Origin: Eledone cirrhosa
Lineage: Eukaryota
Length of the DNA: 64,000 nucleotides
Direction: 5' to 3'
Assembly: GCA_964016885.1 (NCBI GenBank)
Contig: OZ024742.1
Coordinates: forward strand, 331,142,001 to 331,206,000
Part shown: positions 1 to 15,969 of the stretch, in pieces
Layout: the number at the start of each line of letters is the position of its first letter
Numbering within the stretch: the first letter of the stretch is position 1
Notes under the pieces: model-generated
The model's database searches: none
What the model was told of the DNA's origin: nothing
What the model saw: only the letters and a program-made list of their open reading frames with translations
Made by a program: the position numbers and the translations under genes

Positions 1-2850
1 CAAAGTCACGAGTAACACAGACTCCACCATCATTAAAAACTACGAAGCAAACGCTAACAAAATCCAACACACACCCATACTAATAATTAGAAGATTACAA
101 ACAAATAAATAGTATCATTAACTATAGGGCCGTAGGTACAAGTAACTAGGAATTAATGAATTACATAAAATAACACACAAATAACATCTACAAAATAGAA
201 ATATTTAGCTTACCAACAGTCATATATATCACACAAGCACTTTAATACTGATGCAACATCATAAAACAACACTCCAGGTGAAGCAGAGATTTCCGAGAGA
301 CATATTCAATTGAATACATACAAGTGACCGGGAGTTGGATCAGCTCTCCTTACAGGAGTAAATTATGTGATCCTTTTCATTTACTACTTTTTCCTGTATA
401 GTCTTAGTCAGAATAAGTAATGGGGATATTCATTGCCTGGGATCATACATGAAGTAAGGTCACTTGTTAAGTGACCTCACCTACAGCGAAATAATAATAT
501 ACTAGGGATGAGGCTTAGAAACTATTTCAACATTTATGAAGTGTACACATCATTATGCTTTTCGAGATCGTTAGGCGGGATATCTATTCGAAAAGACCTG
601 TTTCTCGCAGCAGAAACCATACCTTCGAACACAAGTGGTAAGCTGGTGGCACTGCATATGATCAGTATTGACCTCCATGTGTTCAGGCTCGCGCTGCAGA
701 GGACAGGTGGCCAAAGTTCTTTAGTTATCCCCTAAGAATGTCCTGCTCTTTAGTACCAGTGGAAGACTGGAAATGCATCTTAGTCACACGCTGATTCTAG
801 CAGATAAAGACTACACTGAACTAATTAGCAATTTCTTTAAGCAAGGTTTGGCAGAGCAGCTCACAGCAACAGGTGTGTGTGTGTATAGGGGGAGGGGTGC
901 TCTTAAGATAGTGATTAGAATTGAAGCAATAGCTTTCAGTACAAAGAACAAAGCAATAGAAAAGCTAGAAATGTAGTAGCTAAATAATAAATACCATTCT
1001 AACAGACATGCTGAAGACGAGAATGGCATTTCAGCATTTGGTCAATGAAAAAAACGAAAGTTACAATGTCAGAGCTAAGGCACTTACTCGAAGAAATGAG
1101 CTAACAAGAGCTACCAGATGGGCCGGATTTGCAGGGGCCCAGATTGGTCATAGAACCACAATTCAAGCCTTGCCGGAACGAGACGAGGACATGCTGATCG
1201 ATTGCACGAAGTTATGTGCATCTGTGCACCGTTGTTTGGGAAAATGCTTCAAAAAGTGATAACAGTATCCAAGATTTTGAAAGCCCTGACCGTATTTACG
1301 AGACGCAAATCGGCCGGATGGGATGTCCTCCCTTAAGAGTGTTGTGCACGTATGCCACATTATTTATCCGATCTCCTCAAAGTCGTCTACTGCAACTGGC
1401 AGTTAAACGGGAGTATTCCTAGTTCTGTCATTCGGGACGTATTAAAGCTGATGAGGAGACGAGAACAAGAGGGTTTAAACTCATAACCTCCGGTCCATGA
1501 CTCTGCACAACAGAGTTTAAAGATTTAGCCAAATTTCTCGCTTCGAGATTGGCGCTTTTCGTCGCTACCCAGGTAGGGGAAGCGCAGATGTGTGCAACCC
1601 ATCCAGCTACATGCAGGACAATATCTGCGTCCAGAAAACTTGTATTCGTTGCGGCTCTGATCAATTTGGCTCAATCGAAAATATTCGATATCGTTAATCA
1701 TCCGTACCTCGTCGCTTTCATGCCCGTATTCAGATGATGGATCACCTCAATGCACATTGGTATCTACTTGGTGGTCAACGTCAAGAGCTCCCTATCAGCA
1801 TCGTTCCAGATCGGGTACTCGATATCTTCAGATATTCTTAAACAGTGAACCACTGTGGTCTCATTTTTCAGACAAGCCTTTCAGCAGCTCCTCACTTTGA
1901 AAGAGCTGAAGTCAAGTGTCAACAATAGGACAAGACTGGGCGCGTGGTCTCTTCTAGTAGGTGGGCAATGTGGCTAGTAGAATTTCGACTCCAGAGATTT
2001 ATAGAGGGCTCGTGGTGAGCAAATTCGACGACGTTCTCGAAGAGCCACTGGATGTCGATTAAATCGTTGTGAACAGTCTTTTGCGGAGAAATTTCGAACC
2101 GGAGACTAGGGTTATCTCCCAGAAATCCCTCGCTTGGCAGTTCTAACCGGGGGATCTAACGGCTCGAGATAAAATCTACAGGCATGGAAAGATAGTCACT
2201 AGTACCAGATGCACGCAGAACGACGAAACCATTCGGCATTGACTGGTCCTGTGCCCGTGCATCATTGTTTTGAGGATTTTTGTCGAACATCTATTATGAT
2301 GTGTAGGATGGATCCGAATATCGAACAAGTTCCTCGTGAAGAGCACCCCGCTGCCTTCTTTTGGCCTCGAAGGGCAAGCAGTTTTCCTGAATCCGGTGGA
2401 GTTAGCAAAAGAGAACATAGCTTAAAGTACTGAAGATATACACTGAATTCTTCGACCAAACAACGTTTTCAAATTTTACTTGTAAACGAATATAGAGGGG
2501 GGGGTGCTGCCACCCTTTCAGTGTATTTGTTAAGAAGTAGGCGGTGTACCAAACATGAAAAGTATTTAAGGGCGTACTGTGATCACGTGTATATTGGCTA
2601 ACTAGTATGTCGAGCAGAGGGAGATGCTATTAAGGTGCCCTTGGAGAGTCCGGTCGTTCGGAATTGGTGGTGTTCCTTAATCACCCTGGGTGATACAAGC
2701 CCCATTGGTGATTTTTTATTGTTGTAATTAAATTGTTTAATGTTATCTATAACATACTTTCTTACTCGATCTTTGTGTAACCTATTGTTCCTGTTTATTT
2801 TATTGTCCCCTATACGTCGGCCTTTGTTACCAATGACTAATAATGAAATT
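1..2850 (+). mobile_element. Old, heavily decayed Tx1-clade LINE (ORF1 end, ORF2 remnant, 3' UTR), cut by the window start
   Basis: Fragments are collinear with ORF2 of the younger copies: 'GISIRKDLFLAAETIPSNTSGKLVALHM..VFRL' (APE), 'QVGEAQMCA..LINLAQSKIFDIVNHPYL..PVFR' (RT), 'QKSLAWQ..RDKIYRHG..RCTQNDETIRH' (C-terminal Zn region). A 3' UTR motif cccattggtgatttttt is followed by an ATT-rich tract near 2847-2860. Confidence 0.85.
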
Positions 2851-3069
2851 ATTATTATTGCTATTATCAATATTCACACCGGTATCATCATCTTCTTCAT
2901 CATCAATAGTAGTAGTTTTCGTTATGAGAGTATCAGTGGTGGTATGTATAATATTTACAATGCTGGATATCCATTTAATTATCTGCCAAATCGAGTCCAC
3001 AAGCACGCAGCGTTGTAGTTCAAACACAAACACAAGTATATACACATACGTACACACACACAACCGTAT

Positions 3070-3224
3070 GTATATATAATTATATAATTATATATATATA
3101 TATATGTGTGTGTGGGGGGGGGAGGTGCGTGTGCGTGTGTGTGTATATATGTATGTGTTTGTGTAAGTATTTGTGTATGTGTATGTCGAGCCTATTTATT
3201 TGAGGAAACCATTCGACAGAATGT

Positions 3225-3282
<58 letters not shown>

Positions 3283-3330
3283 GTGTGTGCGTGTATATCA
3301 TTCATGTGTCTTACATACACAAATACATAC

Positions 3331-3418
<88 letters not shown>

Positions 3419-3450
3419 CATGTGACTTACATAGTCATATATGCATACAT
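3070..3450. repeat. Compound (TA)n/(CA)n/(TG)n microsatellite
   Basis: Directly visible. Confidence 0.95.
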
Positions 3451-4834
3451 ATATACATACATTACGTATGTAATATACCTTTTGTGTTTTTCTTCTTCCT
3501 GTCTGTATTTAAATGATTTATAAACCAATTGCATTCGTTCATTACAGAGAGAAATGGAAAACTAACTGACACATTGTCACATGGGAAAAGTAATTCCATA
3601 TTTATATTGCTACAGGAATCAGTCCTGAGGGAAGATTGTGATACTATAAAGTTAATGTTAACTCCATCTAATATCTCTCACTTTCTGTTTTGTTATCATT
3701 AATACGTTCCCTGATCAGAAGTATCCCCTTGGGTGCCATAGTGATACCCTATCAGATTTTCCGACGTTCAAATAAACAAATACATACATAACGTTAGTTT
3801 TAAGAGTAGCGGTAACAACAACTGCTAATACCATGGTATCCACTGCAGTCATAAGAGTATCAATAAAAACAATATTCACTGTAATTGTTACTACATTCCT
3901 AGCTCTATCATTATCACTATCATTACTAATAACAGCTCCAACAACAACTAAAAAAATAAGACAAAATCACCAAGAAAATAAAAAAACAGCCAAAACAATA
4001 TTGACAAAACACTAATGACAACAACTGAAACAGCAATAAATGTTACCATCAGAATACCTAACACAACATGTTGAGGAACGTTTGCAACAAGAAATATTGA
4101 GGACAACTTCTTGCTCGTGCTCGACAAGCGCGGGGTCATCCTATGCCAGCGACCACAAAGCATCGCCGTGCGTAGATTCGACCAGGTCCACCAGCCTCCA
4201 GATATATTCAGTGACGATAACCAGCTATCTGGTGTGGGGCCTGCGGCAGGGCCTCTCCCATCCTGCAGCTACTGCGTCGAACGAGATTAGGGCTTACTAG
4301 CATGCTCTGGTGGGAAGCAGAGGGCATGTCCGTGCCATCGTATGCGGCGTATAGCTATGAAATGAGAAGCTGTAGACTGCTGCGTGCACGCACGCAACAC
4401 TTTGTTGGAAACTTGGTGGTAACATCTGTTGTTTTGGTAGTCTTCATGGCTCTGCTATCGTGGCTCTCATATTGCAAACATAAGGAAAGTTCACGATACA
4501 AGAGCACAACAACACCCACCATAATAAGAACCACAACCCCAACCACCTTCAACAGCAACAACATCAAAAACAACAACTAAATCAACAATAAAACAGCTAT
4601 TATAATTCAGTCAAATTAATTACCATCACCTCTACAAATAACACAAATACTTATAAGAACAGGAACTACAACTATAACGTTATATTCTAACCAGCACCAG
4701 TACCACCAGTCCAAAATCTGCATCAACAACATCAATGGAAAAAACAAAAGCATAAATAAGAATGAATAGCCGACAATTGAAACACATGTTCGCATGACCT
4801 GCATAAAATAATAATGCTTTCTGATTTAGGCCCA

Positions 4835-4992
4835 AGACCAACGTCTTAGGGGAAGTGAAGTCAATTAAATCGATCCCATAAGTATAAAAGGCAAAGCTAA
4901 CCTCGGGGGGATTTGAGCACAGATGGTAAAGAACTGTAATTATATACCACAAAGCATGTCCGATGCTTTACTGAAACTGCCAATCCACCACC
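4835..4992 (-). mobile_element. tRNA-derived SINE copy (decayed)
   Basis: aaaggcaaagctaacctcggggggatttgagc...ctgccaatccacc matches the copies at 41688 and 49176. Confidence 0.75.
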
Positions 4993-5639
4993 CTCATTTG
5001 TTAAAGTAATAATACAAGCCCCTCCTATATACAATTCTATATTTTAAAGAAATATCTCAATTTTGAAAATAGGTCCCTGCGTTTTCTGTGAATATGAACA
5101 CGTGATGGTCAATGATCGAATCTTGTTCATTGGAATGTTTTCAGGTAATGATAGCCCAGTGGCTAAACAAGAACACAAATAACAACATATGAGCGATGAC
5201 ACAAAGGAGAAGAGCAATAATAATAATAGTTTCTGTATTAGTCTGAAGTTTACAGGAGGTGAATGTTGATAATATCAACCACATTCCTTGTATTGTTCAT
5301 TATGTTACCGGACCATTCCCCACCCTGACAATAATAGTATCTTCCATAGTTTGAATTCCAGAGATTTGTCGTGCTGACCTAGTCAATTGTATAGTCCCCA
5401 TTACTAATAGAAGGATTGAAGCAAAGTTGACATTAGCTAATGTTACCTTAGATCGCTAACGTACGCAAGTAAATATTGAAAGATATTTTGCCAACTGCAC
5501 AACGAAATCTATAGAATTTCAATTATAATTTTAGAAATGTTCATATTAGTGCAATGCCGATTACAACAATGGTGATTGTGATAATCATAATTTTTCGCGA
5601 TTTAGAAGAACAGGACACACAAACACGCCCTCTATGTAC

Positions 5640-5764
5640 ACCATGATTTGCAACATAGTGTTACGGCCCTTTACATTCTGAGTTAAAATCCCGCCGAGGG
5701 TAACTTTGCCTTTCATCATTACGCATCGATAAAATAAAGCAGCAGTAATGCAATGGGTAATTAG

Positions 5765-5765
<1 letters not shown>
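5640..5765 (+). mobile_element. tRNA-derived SINE copy (decayed)
   Basis: ctgagttaaaatcccgccgaggg..actttgcctttcatc..tcgataaaataaag is the reverse complement of the 41688 copy. Confidence 0.75.
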
Positions 5766-6382
<617 letters not shown>

Positions 6383-8279
6383 GTAATGCTCGGATCTATT
6401 CATTGGGATCTTTGAGCTTATTCTACAGTGGATATGGCGCATGTCTCTCAGACATGACAACCCTTAATTTAATTTTGTGTATATATATATATATATACGT
6501 TTGTGTGTGTGTGTGTGTGTATAAGATTAAATGAAGAAAGACTTCAGTGTAACTTACGTTTATTGCGTTACAATTGTTCAGTAACAGCATTGCTCATAAT
6601 TGGTTACGTGATATTTTAGTGAAGAAAGGTTATTTAAAAAGATAGCATAGGCCTTATTTTATGATATTCCTACGCTACAAACAATTTGTTGTTTATATAT
6701 TGGGGATAAACGGGTATTTGCTAAATGTTTCTTTATATTTGTTTTTTTGTTAAGTAGTCAATACCCTATTAATGATAATAACACGTTGTATTTGTTGAAT
6801 TTCTAGTGGTTAATTTAATTTTTAAAACATTATTGAAAATATATTTGCATGGAGATACAATGTTATTATGTTTATGGATTAGCTCTGTAAAATCTAGGCA
6901 TTTTAGTGGCACCGTAAGCCTGAGACAGGGGTGGCCCTCACAACACCCTGCCTGTTTTATCCATGACCCTCTAATGCTATGACAAGTTTTCTACTATATA
7001 CCACAGAGAAGCAAATATTTCTACGGTATAAACATAATGCTGACGTAATGATGTTTCTGATGACGTCACCAGTTGTACTCAGACCATGAAACATTGCAGG
7101 TATATAGTGATTGTAAATAGGTACTGGCATGTAACTTAAATTTGCCCCGTTTCCTAATATATGGAACAACAATAATACAATGTCACAATTTTGCAAAATG
7201 GTCCGAAATGTTTGCCTTGATAACCACATTATTCCTTTGGAAATGACATGATTGTCATAGCAACCATTGACATGCAACTCAAAATACATAAATTAGATTG
7301 GTAATGTTGTTTCTCAATAATATGTTGGTTGTGGAGGTGGTTCAATCAAATGTAACAAGAAAAAACAAAGAAATATAATTTGTTTATATCCCTTGTCCAA
7401 CTCCTGCCATTTCCATAGTAACAGGGAAAATATGTTTCGCTTATGTCAACGTTTCACGGGGTAGAGTGACCAGATTTCAGAGAAATACTTGCTTCATTTC
7501 ATAAGCTATTTAAGACAGCTCACGTGGAAAATGTCTGAGAGCCCCCACCTCCAATCCCAGTCATAATATGGTGAGGGCATGCGTCAATATTTTAACGGCT
7601 TCAATTGAGCATAATGTGCAATCGATTACAGCTCTCCGTCCATATTAATTGGTTGTTCGAAATATGTACAGTATAGGTTTCATTATAAGTGTTCGTATAA
7701 GTTCTACTGTGTCACGTGTCGTTTGTAAAATAAATAGTGATTGGAAAAGTGTATGGTAGCTTATAAATTAAAATGTTTTATGCGTTGTCAACGAGCCTTA
7801 CATCACTGGAACTGTGTATTGATTAAATGATAATCAAATATACTTTGTTGGATTGTGAAATAAAACGTAATCAGTGATAACAGAATGTGTCAAAACAAGG
7901 TTGGACCCTGTTAACCGTCTATCGTAAAAAAGGATTTCATAATATTTAATACCATGATGATAATATTATATTAGTAGCTTTCATGAAAAATACAGATATC
8001 TTGGCTATAGCCGAGTGAATCACTCCATTTAAGGTTCCCTTCATTTATTATTTACCATGGGTTGGCACCCAGAAAGTTATTAAACATGTCACAAATCTTG
8101 GCAACATGTTGATGTCGAACATGCTTGCCAAGAGAGTAATATTATCCAGGATAAAGGTAAAATTCGTTAAAATGCGTTAAGAGTGACAATGCAGATCGTG
8201 TCTTTCCCACCCCTTCACTTCTTATTTGTTAATTATTTTATCGACCTCATTAGAGAGAACATTACATTTGGCGACATCA

Positions 8280-8600
8280 GAATTTCAACTCGAGAGAGAT
8301 TGCGATATAGAGAACGTGTCTTTGTCCGGCGATATAGAGATTTTGACACTGCGAAATTAATATTAAGTTCGCATGGGCGGAGGTGGATGTTGTTTTATTG
8401 GTAATTTTTCTGAAGCTTTTTGCGATTATTATTGTATTAGTTGCAGGCGTCTATTTGCTGTTGATGTCCCTTTAGATAAAAATAGCTGTGTCTTGCCGGT
8501 ATAAATGATAGTGTATTTAATGGCGCATTTTCTACCACTGCTGGTTTTGATTAGGTCTTTCGGGAGAATGTTATTAATATGACATTCGAAGAATTAGTAA
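8280..8600 (-). mobile_element. Possible very decayed GIY-YIG (Penelope-like) remnant
   Basis: The minus-strand translation 'KCAIKYTIIYTGKTQLFLSKG' only loosely resembles C..YIGKT.R.L.KR. Confidence 0.25.
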
Positions 8601-10399
8601 CAGTCACAGAAACGTGAATAATATATCATTGATGGTGGAGGATTGAGATATAGCAATTTGATGCTGGTTGTATTTCTCTGATCATGCATGGTAATTTGGG
8701 AAATATGACATTGTTAGTGATGGTATCTCTCTTACCATGCATGACAGACTGTGCAATACAACTTTGTTGAATCCTCTGAGGATATATAACAGACTGTGAA
8801 ACCGTAAAATCATTGCTAATATTCACGAAAACCAGTTCTATTCATTACTGTGATAACGTACATGACGAGTCAGTGTCCGATATAGGTTGTTGTTTTTTTA
8901 AACTTTATTACTAATGAAACTTGGTGTTTCGTTTTCTTTAACCGATTACACCAGATCTCACAAATATTGAAAGCATGTATGCCTTTAAGTTTTGCGAGGT
9001 CCTAAGCTGCAGCTATCTTAGCGTACGTCTACATCCGTCATGAAATTGATGAAACACAGGATTTATTGATGAAACACATGGATGTATTGACACTTAACCC
9101 TTAACCCTATTGAAAAATAAATACACCTTATAATTTAGCTAGTTAAACACCTGCACATTATAACCCGATTATCATTTAAGGCCTGTGTTAATTCCTATCA
9201 TGAAGAAAAGAGTAACATTTGCTATTTATTCCAACATAATGATAAACGAACAAGTGCCACATCGAAGATTAGAAGGAGTTAAAATAAAATAGCTTTGGTT
9301 AACTTATACAATTTATAAAGAGGAGAATCAATTTTGTCTTTCGTGTTTATCTGGCAGATGGTATTAATTTCTCATGAATATAATATAGAATTCAAAGAAC
9401 ATCAAGCAAGCAGTTACTTGAATCATTATCAAGACAATGTACACGCTGTTGCCACTCCGCGCATTGTACTCATGTTGTTGATGTTATCTTTCTTTCGATG
9501 AATGTATAATGATTGTGTTACCCGCGTCTGCTAATAATTTATTATATATCTGTGTTTGTTTGCTTTGCACAATGCAAAGAGGAAATTATAGGTCTGTGCT
9601 GTCGGGTTTTGAAACATTAAAAACAAAGCTAACTTTAGCTGATGAATTCAGTGATAAATATTATTCATTATTTGATATCAACTGTACGAACATCAGATAA
9701 TCTTTACAAAACAATAACATCCCCCGAAGTCATCCTGGAGTATAACAATTACCCTTCCAATGTCACACACTTCTCAGCTTCGCTTCAGACAATTCCCTGC
9801 TGTGCTTGGTTTTGATTTTCAGTCTGTTACTCTCGCGATTTCCTGTTTCTCAGCAAATTATATTTCCTGCAGTTCTTTACAGAAATATCCTTTATATGTC
9901 GACCGCTGTAGGATATTTCTGTACCGTGTTTATTACTCAATAATTTGTTTAGGACTGGTTTAAACTATTGTTCTTCTTATATATGCTGAAACATTTCAAT
10001 GCTTTCAATGTCATTAAATATTCGCCACGATTCGCATTTTATTGGTTTCAGCTAACTCGGTTAGCGATATTTTAATTATAATACTAAAAACACTTACTTG
10101 AATAAATGAATACGTAAATAAATAGAATTTAGATTTTGAAAGAGTGTTTAAACAATGATAAAAGAAACAATTTGCGTGTCATGTGGCAACATTGACGGCT
10201 TTGATGGTATAAGGTCAATTTCCAAAAAAACAAAGTAGAGGTGTATTGAGCTATTTCAAGATTAAAGGATGAATACGTGTTTATACAATAAGAAACGCAC
10301 GTGTATTTAATAATATTCAATTATTAAATTATCAAATAATAAATCCAAATGTTTATGAACATCCCGCAAATACATACATGCACACTCAGAATTCTCACT

Positions 10400-11180
<781 letters not shown>

Positions 11181-12003
11181 ACATATACCCTCTAATGTCC
11201 ATATACTTATATCCATTCCGTCAATCTGTCATCCATCTATTCATCCTTCCATAACTATATTCATACTTACCTAAATACACACATACATATATGTATAAGC
11301 CCATCCATACATACACAATCACATGTATTCCTCCATCTATCCATGTATGTATGTATAAATAAATTCGTACACACCTACAGACAGTCATACTCACATTATA
11401 CATTACTACACACATACAATGAAACATGCACACACGCACACACAACCCCCCCCCCACATATATATATATATATATACACACACAAACATATATGTGAGTG
11501 AGAGAATCATATCATTGTATTCTGAATACGAAATTAATCTAGAGTTATAAAATTAAATATATAAATGCAATATTAACTTAATTTAAAAATCGACTGATCA
11601 GTATTTCATAGCTAAGAATAATAATTTCCTTATTCGTATTCATTTTTTCTTCCCCAGAAAGCAGTATTGACTCGAAAACAGCAACTACGTGTATAGCAAG
11701 AATATTACTAATTGCATCGCAAATATATTAAAAAACGATCACGTCTAGGATCTTTCGTTTGCATTAGTTGCGGACCAAAGATTCTTCAAATAATATTTTA
11801 TAATAATCGACGAAAATGAAAAGTTAAACATAACAAGAAAAGAATATTAAATATATATATATAATAAAGACCTATGTATAATGTGTATGCACACACGCAT
11901 ATAATTTCATATGTATATGTATCTTAGACTTAGATTCTTCCGCGCCGTTCAGCGCATAGAGCAGTAAGTACTCGCATTTTTTTCTGGCTTTTCCTGCTGA
12001 TTC

Positions 12004-12034
<31 letters not shown>

Positions 12035-12235
12035 GGTGTGTGTGTGGGTGTGTATGTGTGTGTGTGTGTGTTTGTATGTGTATATGGTATGTATAAATGT
12101 ATCAATGGAATGACATTTAATATAATATATTCAATTATGTATATATGTATATAAAATACATATATAAATAATATATATATACACATATATGTTCGTACAC
12201 ATATTCACGTACTTATGATATGAACGTAAGTAAAT

Positions 12236-12236
12236 A

Positions 12237-12272
<36 letters not shown>
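12236..12272. repeat. (AAT)n tract at the 3' end of Tx1 copy A
   Basis: Directly visible. Confidence 0.95.
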
Positions 12273-12273
<1 letters not shown>

Positions 12274-12515
12274 TTTTCTTTATTAACCACAAGGGTTTAC
12301 ATAAAGTAGACATTAAGGACATTACAGCACACTACAGGACGGTACAAATGGGCATTTCTGCGAGTAAAAAAACAGAGGATGAAATAAAATAACAAAGAAA
12401 AATTCCCCAATAGGGGGGAGACTTCCGAGGGACATTTGTGGAGAAAGCCCATTAAAAGACCACAGTGACCCTGACCACCAGGGCAAGTGCCCTCTCCCAG
12501 TTTTCCAACCTTGAT

Positions 12516-15500
12516 TTACAGACACATACTCAGAGAATGCCCATTCATTCGGGCCATACTTGCTTCTCTCACCCATCTTTCAACAAAATGCTGGGAAGAA
12601 AGCACTTCCCTCTCTACCCTGATTTTCCTTTTCAAATGAAATTTGAAAAAGTTAATCAGGGCATCACCGAAGAGGTAAGTGCTCGTCTTCAGCCCTTTCA
12701 AACGTGTCCACCATACTATCACTTTCGCCATGGCCACCAGACAGATAAAAACTGCCTGCCCTTCCCGGCTAAAGGAAGGGGGCGGGGAAATCCTCACGAT
12801 GGACTCAGCTGATAGCTGGATCCGTCCTACACGTGACAGCAGGTGTTCGACATAAACCCACAAGTCAGCAATGCTCGGACACTGGACGAGTGCGTGCAGG
12901 ACGGTTTCGTCGCCGTGCGCGCATCTCGGACATGCCCGGCTGACGGCACCTCCATGCCTGTAGAGTTTATCCCGAACTGGCGAAGCTCCCCGGTAGCACT
13001 GCCAGGCCAGGGATTTCTGGAAGTTGTCCATAGGCCCCGACCCGAAATTCCTTCCAAAGAGATTGGCTAGTTGATTTTCGTCGACGCCTAGAGTTTCTCC
13101 AAGTACGTCGTCGCTCTTCCCCTCCACTAATCCCCCATAGAACGCCAAGGTGGAGTTTCCACCGATCACATTGCCCGATTGGTCGAGGGCTGTGAGCGCC
13201 TGAAGACATTCCAGTCTCCAAGCGCTCCCTCTCGGTCTTCGCTTGACCCAGGACTGCAGCTGCGTCAAGGAGACGAGCTGGGGAAAAACGTGTCTAGCAA
13301 ACGGCGACCACACCTGATCACCGTCGAGGAAGAGGTGGAGATGTCGTAGCCTGAGCGCGTGTCTGCGCATCATCAGCCACGGCATGCCCAGCCCTCCACG
13401 TAGCGGGTGTTGACAGCAGATGGACCGCCTGACCATCGGAGCGCGTCCCTTCCACAAGAAGCGAAAGAGCAAATGCTCCAGCGCAGTCAGGCGGGGCTTG
13501 GGACAAGGTACGATGGTCAGGCGGTAGTAGATGACGGATGCGATGTACGCATTCGCCACCTCCGCTCGACCTTTCTGGGATAGCTTCCTCTCGGCCCATT
13601 TCTGGGTGAGAGAAGCCACCCTGCTCGTCACCTCGTCCCAGTTTTTGTCCGTCTGGAGGTCTGGACCGAACCAGACCCCTAGCAATTTAACCGGTCCGTC
13701 CGTCCAGCGCCCGACGACGCTGTTGGACGGCATGGACCTGCCTCTCCAGGTGCCGAGCTGCAGGCCCACTGACTTTTCCTGGTTGATCATTGCTCCTGTC
13801 ACCGCTTCGTATTCTCTTAGTGTAGTGGCGATCGCCTCGATGTATTTGGCGTTCGACACGACTACGGTGACATCGTCGGCATATGCTGACACGGATCTTC
13901 CGCATCCTAGTTCGCGCGGGACCCTCCTCAATGTCTCCAGTTTGTGCAGTAATGGCTCGAGAGTCAATACGTACAATAGGGACGAGAGGGGGCATCCTTG
14001 GCGGACCGAGCGCATGATGTTGAACGGTTCCGAAAGGTGACCGTTCACTCTCACTACAGAGCAGATGTCGCTGTGCATGGCAGCGATCCAGCCTCTGAAG
14101 ACGGGCCCAAAGCCAGCCGCCCTCAGGACTGCCGCTAGGTAATGATGGTCGACCCTATCGAAGGCTTTCGACTGATCTAAATTGATCAAAGACCCACCCG
14201 TGCCACGTTCCCTAGCTACCCTCTCTACGATGTATCGCATGAGGTGGAGGTTGTCGTGGATGGATCTGTTGGGAATGGCGCATGTCTGTGCCTCTCCCAC
14301 CTGACCACCAACGACAAGCGCCAACCTCTTTGCTAGCACCTTGTCCAAAATCTTGAACTCTGTGTTTAGCAGAGTTATGGGCCTAAAATTATCTATGTTA
14401 TCCCCCTTCTTCGGATCCTTTCTCAGCAGCGCCACCGCTCCTCGGCTCACAGAGCTGGGAAATTCTCCCGTTCTGTTGCCAGTTGCAGTAGACGTCCGCC
14501 AAGAGGCCTCCGAACAAGTCTGGCATCTGTACGTAAAGTTCATAGGGCAGACCATCCAAACCAGGCGATTTACCCTTTGTGCAACTAGTCATTGCATCCC
14601 GTACTTCAGCGGTTGTTATCGGCTTTTCGCAACACTCCGCCTCAGTGGCCGAAAGCCGCGGCAGTCCGTCGAGGTAGACACTAAAGTCCATCCCTCGATC
14701 CGGCCCGCCACTGCCCCCGAACAGTTGAGCGAAGTGTCGCTGAAAAGCTTCACACATTTGCCCGGGATCGAGTAGCATGCGCCCGTCTTGGTCCACCAAA
14801 GACGGGATCGTGGCTTTGTTGCCACGGCGCGCCTCCGCCACTCGGGCCCATTGAACGGCTTTCGTCCTCTCGTGTCTGAGAGCACGCACCCTAGCTCTGA
14901 CAACGCAGCCTTCGTGCTTTGCATTGAAGAATTGGTCAAGGGCCAATTTCGCCGCAAATACGTCGGTCGCGATGCCTTTGCTAAGCGCCTCATCTAATTT
15001 TCTAACTAATTCTCCCTCTGCTCTATTTTTCTCTATTGCTAAAGTCTTACTAAACCTAATGGACTCTATTCTAATTGCTCTTTTCAGAGCAAACCACCAC
15101 TTGTTGTTGACGATGGCCCCCGTCAACGCCCGCTTAACTAGTTCGCTAATGCGGTCTATGTAGGCCTTGCGCGCTGGTAAGGACGCGTTTAGCTTCCAGT
15201 AGCCGGGTCCTCGTCTATGAAGCCTATCTAAGTCAAGCACACAGATCACGAATTTGTGGTCCGTGTAGCTGACTATCTTGAATTGTGGACAGCCTATGCT
15301 AGACCTATCTATTTCCCTACAAAATACTCTATCTAGATATGATCTGGATGACCCTATGCGTTTTGTCCAAGTCCACATTGGTACATTCGGGAAATCCATT
15401 CGGTACCTGTCAGACAGTTCAAAACGTCTGAGCAGGTTGGTGAGACTCTTGCACCCTCCTTCCCTATCCTCTAATCCCACACAATCCCAGCGTGCATCTA

Positions 15501-15935
15501 AGATCCCGTTCCAGTCGCCCACTAACACTAAAGATCGGGACGTTCCAAGAAAGGTCTCCAGACGCCGGAAGAAATCAGGCCGCCCTGCTCCTGTCGGGGC
15601 ATAGACGGCCACTAACCTGAAAGCTTGCCCGTCTCCGCTGGTCACGTCCAGCACCACCAACTTACCTTCTAGGTCCAGGAAGATGGCCCGTATGGCAAGA
15701 GCCAAACCTCTCCGAAAAAGCACAGCAACTCTTCCCCCGATCCCGGACGGCTGGGAGATGCGTACACATCGTAGCCGCCGAAGATCGGTGCGAAAGCCTG
15801 TGCTTCGTAGATTCTGGTCTCGCTGATGGCCACTACATCTATGTTTAGTGACCTGAGGTCGTTGAGCAGGTGGCCCTGCTTCCATGACGACCCCAAGCCA
15901 CGCGCATTTATGCTGCCTATTCTGAGTGAGGTCAT
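12516..15935 (-). pseudogene. ORF2 of copy A: APE endonuclease, reverse transcriptase, C-terminal CCHC; two frameshifts (~15740, ~14460)
   Basis: APE motifs SINARG, ISET, VYAP, GDWN, YLDR, TDH. RT motifs KSPGLDG, FRPITLLN, LDQSKAFDRVDH, VRQGCPLS, YADD. C-terminal CPRC..ETVLHALVQC. Confidence 0.95.
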
Positions 15936-15969
15936 GTTGAAAAGGAGTGGAACAGATGGGAAAGACCAC

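Noticed and set aside
500-720. Minus-strand peptide vaguely like a DIRS tyrosine recombinase end
   Set aside because: The plus strand aligns clearly with the Tx1 APE domain.
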